This document shows positions 8,967 through 15,388 of a stretch of 64,000 bases of DNA, in pieces. Source of the DNA: Bacillota bacterium (lineage in GTDB: Bacteria > Bacillota > Clostridia > Lachnospirales > Bianqueaceae); NCBI GenBank assembly GCA_017634575.1, contig JAGBND010000075.1, forward strand, positions 6,399 to 70,398. The letters are read 5' to 3'. Position numbers and translations under genes: made by a program. How positions within the stretch are numbered: position 1 is the stretch's first letter; every line of letters begins with the position of its first letter. The notes beneath the pieces are model-generated. The model searched no databases. It worked only from the letters and a program-made list of their open reading frames with translations, and was not told the origin of the DNA.

Positions 8967-9464
8967 ATGCAAAAGAAAATCAGCACGCTCCCGTTTACCG
9001 GGACGCCTGAGCAGGAAGCCCAGCTCAAGGCTGTGATTGCTGAAAACTGCGATGATAAGAGCAACCTGATGGTTGTCATGCAGAAAGCCCAAGATATCTA
9101 TGGCTATCTGCCCATCGAAGTTCAGCAGATGATCGCTGATGGAATGGATGTTCCGCTGGAGAAGGTTTACGGCGTTTCTACATTCTATGCACAGTTTGCG
9201 CTTTCCCCGAAAGGAAAGTACAATATTTCCGTTTGCCTTGGAACAGCCTGCTATGTAAAAGGCTCCGGAGATGTTCTGGAAGAGCTGAAAAGCCAGCTTG
9301 GAATTGATGTGGATGAATGCACCGAGGATCGTAAATTCTCCCTGCAGGCATGCCGCTGCATCGGTGCCTGCGGTCTGGCTCCTGTTCTGACAGTTAACGA
9401 AGATGTTCATGGACGTCTGACCAAATCAGATGTCGCCGGCATTCTTGCCAAGTATAAAGAATAA
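8967..9464 (+). CDS. hydC: NuoE-like [2Fe-2S] subunit of an electron-bifurcating [FeFe]-hydrogenase (HydC/gamma)
   Basis: NuoE thioredoxin-like fold with Cys pattern CLGTAC...CRCIGAC. The ATG at 8967 is preceded by AGGAGG (8951-8956). The ORF-track start at 8799 would read through the terminator and promoter and is rejected. Confidence 0.85.
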   Translation: MQKKISTLPFTGTPEQEAQLKAVIAENCDDKSNLMVVMQKAQDIYGYLPIEVQQMIADGMDVPLEKVYGVSTFYAQFALSPKGKYNISVCLGTACYVKGSGDVLEELKSQLGIDVDECTEDRKFSLQACRCIGACGLAPVLTVNEDVHGRLTKSDVAGILAKYKE

Positions 9465-9468
9465 AACT

Positions 9469-9825
9469 ATGAAAATCGGAACCATTCAGCAACTTTTGAA
9501 CGCAGAAGTTCTGTGCTGTCCGGATGAGATGGACCGCCATGTTTATTCAGCCTGCGGTTCGGATATGATGAGCGATGTCCTTGCCTATGTAAAGGATCAG
9601 GCCGTGCTTCTGACCGGTCTTGTCAATCCTCAGGTAATCCGCACGGCGGAAATGATGGACATGGTTTGCATCGTATTCGTCCGTTCCAAACGCCCGTCTC
9701 TGGAGATGATTCATCTTGCGGAGGACAACGGCCTGGTGCTTATGTCTACAGAGATGCGTATGTACGATGCCTGCGGAACCCTTTATACAAATGGTCTTGT
9801 GGGAAAGGCGGTCAAGCATGCCTGA
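9469..9825 (+). CDS. DRTGG-domain protein (copy 1)
   Basis: 118 aa. The pattern SDMMSDVLAYV...AVLLTGL...IRTAEMMD...VFVRSKRP matches stand-alone DRTGG-domain proteins. It starts 4 nt after the hydC stop. Confidence 0.7.
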   Translation: MKIGTIQQLLNAEVLCCPDEMDRHVYSACGSDMMSDVLAYVKDQAVLLTGLVNPQVIRTAEMMDMVCIVFVRSKRPSLEMIHLAEDNGLVLMSTEMRMYDACGTLYTNGLVGKAVKHA

Positions 9826-10243
9826 CGCGTTGGTATTTCACTTCGATGTAGATGGAGAGAATTTTACATCTGCAGGGCAAGCTTCCACCGCGGTCAAAAG
9901 AAACCTAAGACAGCTCGGGCTGCCCTCTGAAATTATCCGGCGCGTGTCCATCGCTATGTATGAGGGCGAGATCAACATGGTCATTCATGCCAACGGCGGC
10001 GCTGCGGATGTCATCGTCCATGAAGACTGTATCGAAATCATCCTGGCTGATCATGGACCAGGCATCAAGGATGTTTCACTGGCGATGCAGGAAGGTTATT
10101 CGACGGCTCCCGACAATATCAGATCTCTCGGCTTCGGAGCAGGAATGGGCCTTCCGAATATGAAACGATATACAGATTCGATGAAAATTGATACGGAACT
10201 TGGTGTCGGAACCACCATCACCATGAAGGTTAATCTGACATAA
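9818..10243 (+). CDS. stand-alone GHKL/HATPase_c protein (anti-sigma-factor/RsbW-like serine kinase fold), copy 1
   Basis: 141 aa. N-box-like EGEINMVIHA, G1 DHGPGI, G2 GFGAGMGLPN. There is no DHp/His phosphotransfer domain. The ATG at 9818 overlaps the DRTGG stop by 8 nt; the ORF-track start at 9716 would lie inside the upstream gene. Confidence 0.75.
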   Translation: MPDALVFHFDVDGENFTSAGQASTAVKRNLRQLGLPSEIIRRVSIAMYEGEINMVIHANGGAADVIVHEDCIEIILADHGPGIKDVSLAMQEGYSTAPDNIRSLGFGAGMGLPNMKRYTDSMKIDTELGVGTTITMKVNLT

Positions 10244-10263
10244 CAAAGCCCTGGAGTGCAGAT

Positions 10264-11520
10264 ATGGCAAATGATTTTACCTATGAACATTCCGTTCGGC
10301 TGGACCCTCGCAGGTGCACGGGCTGTACCAACTGCCTGAGGCGCTGTCCGACAGAGGCGATCCGTATCAAGGATGGACATGCTGTGATCAGCGAAGAACG
10401 CTGTATCGACTGCGGTGAATGCATCAGAATCTGCAGCAACAAAGCAAAGAGAGCTGTCAGCGGAAAACTGGATTCCATGAAACGCTTCCGTTACAAGATC
10501 GCGCTTCCCGCGCCTTCCCTGTACGGTCAGTTTGACAATCTGGACGATGTGGATTACGTTTTGAACGGCTTGCTGAAGATCGGATTTGATGATGTGTTTG
10601 AGGTTTCCAAGGCCGCAGAGCTTGTCTCGGCCTATACCAGACAATATCTGAAGGTTGATGGAATTGTTCATCCCGTCATCAGCTCCGCTTGTCCTGTCAT
10701 TGTACGTCTGATTGGTCTGAGATATCCTTCCCTGCAGGAGAACATTATGCATATGCTGCCTCCCATGGAGGTGGCCGCAAAGCTTGCCAGGGAAAGAGCC
10801 CTTAAGAACCATCCCGAATTGAAGAGCGAAGATATCGGCGTCTGCTTTATCAGCCCCTGTCCGGCTAAGGTCAGCTATGTCAAAAACGGCTTTGCGGACT
10901 ACACCTCTCAGGTGGACGAGGTAGTATCCATGAGCGATATCTACTTCCAGCTGATCGGCGAGATGTCGAGAGACAGTGAGATTCAGATTTCCACCGAATC
11001 CGGCATGGTCGGCATCGGCTGGGCCAGCTCCGGCGGCGAAGCCACGGCGCTTTTCAACGAGGAATACCTTGCGGCGGACGGAATCGAGAATGTAATTAAT
11101 GTTCTGGAGCAAATCGAGAATGGCAACATTCCGGCAGTTAAGTTTATTGAGCTGAATGCGTGTCCCGGCGGCTGCGTCGGCGGCGTGCTGACGGTTCAGA
11201 ATCCTTTCATTGCCAAAGCAAGGCTTCAGAATCTAAGACAGTTTCTGCCGGTGTCTCAGAACTTCCTGAGCCCGGATGAAGAACAGTATATTCCTGAAAT
11301 GTATCTGTTCAATGAACTGCCGGTTTACAAGCCCATCAATAAGCTTTCGGACAGCATCGTTAAGTCCATGCGGATGATGGCAGACATACAAAAACTGAAG
11401 GATACGCTTCCCGGCATAGACTGCGGCGCCTGCGGCGCGCCCTCCTGCCGCGCCTTTGCGGAGGATGTCGTCAAAGGAATTGCATCGTGCGACCAGTGCA
11501 TCCTTCTGGGAAAGAGATAA
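10264..11520 (+). CDS. hydS: HydS-type putative sensory [FeFe]-hydrogenase (2x [4Fe-4S] ferredoxin domain, H-domain, C-terminal Cx2Cx4Cx16C cluster; no PAS)
   Basis: CTGCTNCLRRCP and CIDCGECIRIC at the N-terminus. Degenerate H-cluster motifs SSACP, SPCPAK and ELNACPGGCVGG. The C-terminus is CGACGAPSCRAFAEDVVKGIASCDQC. Confidence 0.8.
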   Translation: MANDFTYEHSVRLDPRRCTGCTNCLRRCPTEAIRIKDGHAVISEERCIDCGECIRICSNKAKRAVSGKLDSMKRFRYKIALPAPSLYGQFDNLDDVDYVLNGLLKIGFDDVFEVSKAAELVSAYTRQYLKVDGIVHPVISSACPVIVRLIGLRYPSLQENIMHMLPPMEVAAKLARERALKNHPELKSEDIGVCFISPCPAKVSYVKNGFADYTSQVDEVVSMSDIYFQLIGEMSRDSEIQISTESGMVGIGWASSGGEATALFNEEYLAADGIENVINVLEQIENGNIPAVKFIELNACPGGCVGGVLTVQNPFIAKARLQNLRQFLPVSQNFLSPDEEQYIPEMYLFNELPVYKPINKLSDSIVKSMRMMADIQKLKDTLPGIDCGACGAPSCRAFAEDVVKGIASCDQCILLGKR

Positions 11521-11529
11521 GAGGTTCGT

Positions 11530-11856
11530 ATGAAAGTTGGAGATTTGCCCGGCCATGGGTTCAAGGCCTTAGCGCTCCCGGATCCGGACCGCAGCATTGA
11601 CGGTGTTTACATCGGCGATCTGCTTTCCTGGGTAATGGGCCGCGCGCAGATGGACAATGCCTGGATTACCATCATGTCCAACAACAACGTCATAGCGGTG
11701 GCATCTCTGGCGGACTGCTCCTGCGTTCTTCTGGCGGAAGGCGTGGAGTTACCGGAAGATCTGATCGAATTGGCAAACCAGAAATTCATCAATGTGCTTA
11801 CCAGTGAGAAAAGCGCGTACGAGATTGCTGTTTTGCTTTCCGGACTCCTTTCATGA
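11530..11856 (+). CDS. DRTGG-domain protein (copy 2, diverged)
   Basis: 108 aa. GDLLSWVMGRA...AWITIMSN...VIAVASLAD...VLLAEG has the same layout as copy 1 but a changed loop motif. Confidence 0.6.
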   Translation: MKVGDLPGHGFKALALPDPDRSIDGVYIGDLLSWVMGRAQMDNAWITIMSNNNVIAVASLADCSCVLLAEGVELPEDLIELANQKFINVLTSEKSAYEIAVLLSGLLS

Positions 11857-12584
11857 CTCACTACTATTACGACTTTCATGTGCATTCCTGCCTCTCGCCA
11901 TGCGGCGATAACGACAATACGCCCAACAATCTTGCGGGCATGGCCAGCCTGAACGGGGTTACCCTGATGGCGTTGACTGACCATAACAGCTCCCGCAACT
12001 GTCCGGCCTTTTTTGAGGCGGCCAGACGCTACGGCATTGTTCCGGTGGCAGGAATGGAGCTGACAACCGCGGAGGATATCCATGTCGTCTGCCTTTTCGA
12101 GACACTGGAAGAAGCCCTTGCCTTCAATGACGAGGTAGATACGCGCAGAATCCGGATCAGGAACCGGGAAGATATTTTCGGTGAACAGCTGATCCTGAAC
12201 GGTGAAGATGAAATCATCGGACGCGAAGAAGATCTGCTGATCAATGCGACAACGATAACCCTTGATGAAGCGCCGGAGCTGGTTAAAAAGTACCGCGGTA
12301 TTTGTTATCCGGCTCATATCGACAGACCGGCCAACGGCTGTATTGAGATTCTTGGCGAGTTTCCGCATTATGCGGGATTTCACATTGCCGAGCTGAATGA
12401 TGCGGCCAACAAGGAAGCTTACATTGAAAAATATCATCTGCAGGATCTGAAGATCCTTGTCAGTTCGGATGCCCACTATCTGGATCAGCTCAGAGAAGAG
12501 AACGATTATCTCGATATCGATGACGAGCCCTATTCCAGCGCGCTGGTCAGAAGACGTCTGTTTGAGTATTTGAGGTCCCTATGA
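11853..12584 (+). CDS. PHP-domain (polymerase/histidinol-phosphatase) metal-dependent phosphoesterase
   Basis: The N-terminal DFHVHSCLSPCGD and LTDHNS motifs are typical PHP metal ligands. The start overlaps the upstream stop (ATGA). Confidence 0.8.
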   Translation: MTHYYYDFHVHSCLSPCGDNDNTPNNLAGMASLNGVTLMALTDHNSSRNCPAFFEAARRYGIVPVAGMELTTAEDIHVVCLFETLEEALAFNDEVDTRRIRIRNREDIFGEQLILNGEDEIIGREEDLLINATTITLDEAPELVKKYRGICYPAHIDRPANGCIEILGEFPHYAGFHIAELNDAANKEAYIEKYHLQDLKILVSSDAHYLDQLREENDYLDIDDEPYSSALVRRRLFEYLRSL

Positions 12585-13141
12585 AAGAATTATCGCTGAA
12601 CATACTGGATATCGCCGAGAATTCGGTGAAGGCCGGAGCCGGCCTGACGCAGATTCTGATCGACGAAAAAGATCAGGTGCTGACCCTTTCCATTATTGAT
12701 GACGGCTGCGGCATGGAACCGGAGGTTGTCCGCTCCGTGGTGGATCCTTTTTACACCACCCGCACCACCAGAAAGGTTGGAATGGGCGTTCCGCTTCTGA
12801 AGCTGGCCTGCGAGCAGGCAGACGGAAAGCTGACCATTGAATCCGTTACGGCGAAGCAGGATCCGGAGCATCACGGCACGAAGGTGGAAGCGACCTTCCA
12901 TACGGATCATATCGATTTTACGCCTCTGGGCGATGTGGTAAGTTCCATCACCACCTTGATTCAGGGACATCCGGATACGGATTTTCTCTTCAGACATACC
13001 AAAGATGGAAAAGAGGTCAGTGTTGACACCAGGCAGCTGAGGCAGATTCTTGAGGATGTGCCTTTGTCCAGCTGGGATGTCATCCAGTGGATCGACTCGT
13101 TTCTGCGCGAGCAGTACGACGATTTTAATACAGTAACCTAA
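12581..13141 (+). CDS. stand-alone GHKL/HATPase_c ATP-binding protein, copy 2
   Basis: 186 aa. N-box LDIAENSVKAGA, G1 DDGCGM, G2 KVGMGVPLL. No DHp domain. The start overlaps the PHP stop (ATGA). Confidence 0.75.
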   Translation: MKELSLNILDIAENSVKAGAGLTQILIDEKDQVLTLSIIDDGCGMEPEVVRSVVDPFYTTRTTRKVGMGVPLLKLACEQADGKLTIESVTAKQDPEHHGTKVEATFHTDHIDFTPLGDVVSSITTLIQGHPDTDFLFRHTKDGKEVSVDTRQLRQILEDVPLSSWDVIQWIDSFLREQYDDFNTVT

Positions 13142-13161
13142 AGAAAGAAAGGAATAAACGA

Positions 13162-13533
13162 ATGAAAACATTAGCTGAACTGCAGGCTATCAAAAACAGA
13201 ATGAAAGACAAAGTCGTTCTGCGTGATGGTCTGGAAGGTATCCGTGTCGTCGTCGGCATGGCTACCTGCGGTATCGCAGCAGGTGCCCGTCCCGTACTGA
13301 ACGCGCTGGTTCAGGGCGTTAACGAAGAGAACCTTGAAGGCAAGGTCTCTGTTACTCAGACCGGCTGCATCGGCATCTGCCAGTTTGAGCCCGTCGTAGA
13401 GGTCTTTGAGCCCGGCAAGGAAAAGACCACCTATGTCAAGATGACTCCTGAAAAAGCGAAACGCGTGATTGATGAGCATCTTAAGGGCGGCAAGGTCGTT
13501 GCTGAGTACACCATCGGCGCTGCACAAGCTTAA
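13162..13533 (+). CDS. thioredoxin-like [2Fe-2S] ferredoxin (small hydrogenase-associated subunit)
   Basis: 123 aa with Cys pairs MATCGIAAG and TGCIGICQFEP. It sits immediately upstream of the NuoF-like gene, as in other HydABC clusters. Confidence 0.75.
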   Translation: MKTLAELQAIKNRMKDKVVLRDGLEGIRVVVGMATCGIAAGARPVLNALVQGVNEENLEGKVSVTQTGCIGICQFEPVVEVFEPGKEKTTYVKMTPEKAKRVIDEHLKGGKVVAEYTIGAAQA

Positions 13534-13548
13534 AGGGAGGTAACATTT

Positions 13549-15369
13549 ATGATTCGTTCACAAGTCCTGATCTGTGGCGGAACCGGCTGTACTTCTTCCG
13601 GTTCTATGTCCATTCAGAATGAGTTCGAAAAAGCGCTCGACAAGTACAACCTGACCGATGAGATCAAGCTGGTCCGTACCGGCTGCTTCGGTCTTTGCGC
13701 TTTGGGCCCGGTCGTTATCATCTACCCGGACGGAACCTTCTACAGCCGTGTATCTCCTGACGATGTCGATGAAATCGTTGAAGAGCATCTGCTGAAGGGC
13801 CGTCGTGTTGAGCGCCTTGTCTACGACGATCATGGCGCTGTTGCTCCTGATGAAATCGGAAACATTGCCCTTTCCGACACTGCTTTCTACAAAACCCAGG
13901 AACGTGTCGTCTTAAGAAACTGCGGTGTTATCGATCCTGAAAACATTGATGAATACATTGCCATGGACGGCTATGCCGCTCTGGGCAAGGTTCTTACCGA
14001 GATGACCCCTGAACAGGTCATTGAAGAAGTTTCCAAATCCGGTCTTCGCGGCCGAGGCGGCGGCGGATTCCCCACCGGACGCAAATGGTCTCTGTGCGCG
14101 CCCAATAAGGCACCTCAGAAATATGTTGTCTGCAACGCTGATGAAGGCGACCCCGGTGCTTTCATGGACCGTTCCGTTCTGGAAGGCGATCCTCATGCCA
14201 TTATTGAAGCCATGGCGATCTGCGGCTATGCCTGCGGTGCCACCAAAGGCTATGTGTATGTCCGTGCCGAGTACCCGATCGCTGTTAAACGTCTCAGCAT
14301 CGCCATCGCCCAGGCCAGAGAATACGGGCTGCTGGGCAAGAACATCTTCGATTCCGGCTTTGATTTTGATCTGACCATCCGTCTTGGCGCAGGCGCTTTC
14401 GTGTGCGGCGAGGAAACCGCTCTGATGACCTCCATCGAAGGAAACCGCGGCGAGCCCCGTCCGAGACCTCCGTTCCCGGCAGTCAAAGGTCTGTATGGTT
14501 CTCCCACAGTCGAGAACAACGTTGAGACCTTCGCGAACATTCCTCAGATCATCCTGAAGGGTGCTGACTGGTTTGCTTCCATGGGTACCGAGCGCTCCAA
14601 AGGAACCAAGGTCTTTGCTCTTGGCGGCAAGATCAATCATACCGGTCTGGTGGAAATCCCCATGGGTACGCCTCTGAAGCATATCATCTACGATATCGGC
14701 GGCGGCATTCCCAACGGCAAGAAATTCAAGGCGGTTCAGACCGGCGGTCCTTCCGGCGGATGTATCCCGGCCAGCCTGATTGATACCGAAGTTGATTACG
14801 ATAACCTGACCTCCATCGGCTGCATGATGGGTTCCGGCGGTATGATTGTCATGGATGAGGACAACTGTATGGTCGATATGGCCAAGTTCTTCCTTGATTT
14901 CACGGTTGATGAATCCTGCGGTAAATGTACCCCCTGCCGTGTGGGCACCAAGCGTATGCTGGAAATCCTTGACAAGATCACTTCCGGAAAAGGAACGCTG
15001 GAAGATATCGACCGTCTGGAAGAACTGGCACAGTATATCAAGACCAACTCTCTTTGCGGTCTGGGCCAGACTGCCCCGAACCCGGTTCTGGCAACCCTGC
15101 GCTTCTTCCGCGACGAGTACATTGCCCATGTTGTAGACAAGAAGTGCCCGGCCGGCGTCTGCAAAGACCTGCTGACCTTCACCATCGACAAAGACAAATG
15201 TATCGGCTGCGGCATGTGCGCCCGTAACTGCCCGGTGAACACCATCGTCAAGACTGACTATGTGGCTCCCGGACATAAGCTGCCGTCTTACCACATCAAC
15301 GCCGACAAATGTATCAAGTGCGGCGCCTGCATGGCTAACTGTAAGTTCAAAGCCATCAGCAAACAGTGA
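13549..15369 (+). CDS. hydB: NuoF-like flavoprotein subunit of the bifurcating [FeFe]-hydrogenase (HydB/beta)
   Basis: FMN/NADH motifs GRGGGGFPTG and CNADEGDPGAF. N3-type cluster ESCGKCTPCR. N-terminal 2Fe-2S thioredoxin-like domain and two C-terminal ferredoxin motifs (CIGCGMCARNCP, CIKCGACMANC). Confidence 0.92.
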   Translation: MIRSQVLICGGTGCTSSGSMSIQNEFEKALDKYNLTDEIKLVRTGCFGLCALGPVVIIYPDGTFYSRVSPDDVDEIVEEHLLKGRRVERLVYDDHGAVAPDEIGNIALSDTAFYKTQERVVLRNCGVIDPENIDEYIAMDGYAALGKVLTEMTPEQVIEEVSKSGLRGRGGGGFPTGRKWSLCAPNKAPQKYVVCNADEGDPGAFMDRSVLEGDPHAIIEAMAICGYACGATKGYVYVRAEYPIAVKRLSIAIAQAREYGLLGKNIFDSGFDFDLTIRLGAGAFVCGEETALMTSIEGNRGEPRPRPPFPAVKGLYGSPTVENNVETFANIPQIILKGADWFASMGTERSKGTKVFALGGKINHTGLVEIPMGTPLKHIIYDIGGGIPNGKKFKAVQTGGPSGGCIPASLIDTEVDYDNLTSIGCMMGSGGMIVMDEDNCMVDMAKFFLDFTVDESCGKCTPCRVGTKRMLEILDKITSGKGTLEDIDRLEELAQYIKTNSLCGLGQTAPNPVLATLRFFRDEYIAHVVDKKCPAGVCKDLLTFTIDKDKCIGCGMCARNCPVNTIVKTDYVAPGHKLPSYHINADKCIKCGACMANCKFKAISKQ

Positions 15370-15388
15370 GAAAGGGGCCTTATAACGA

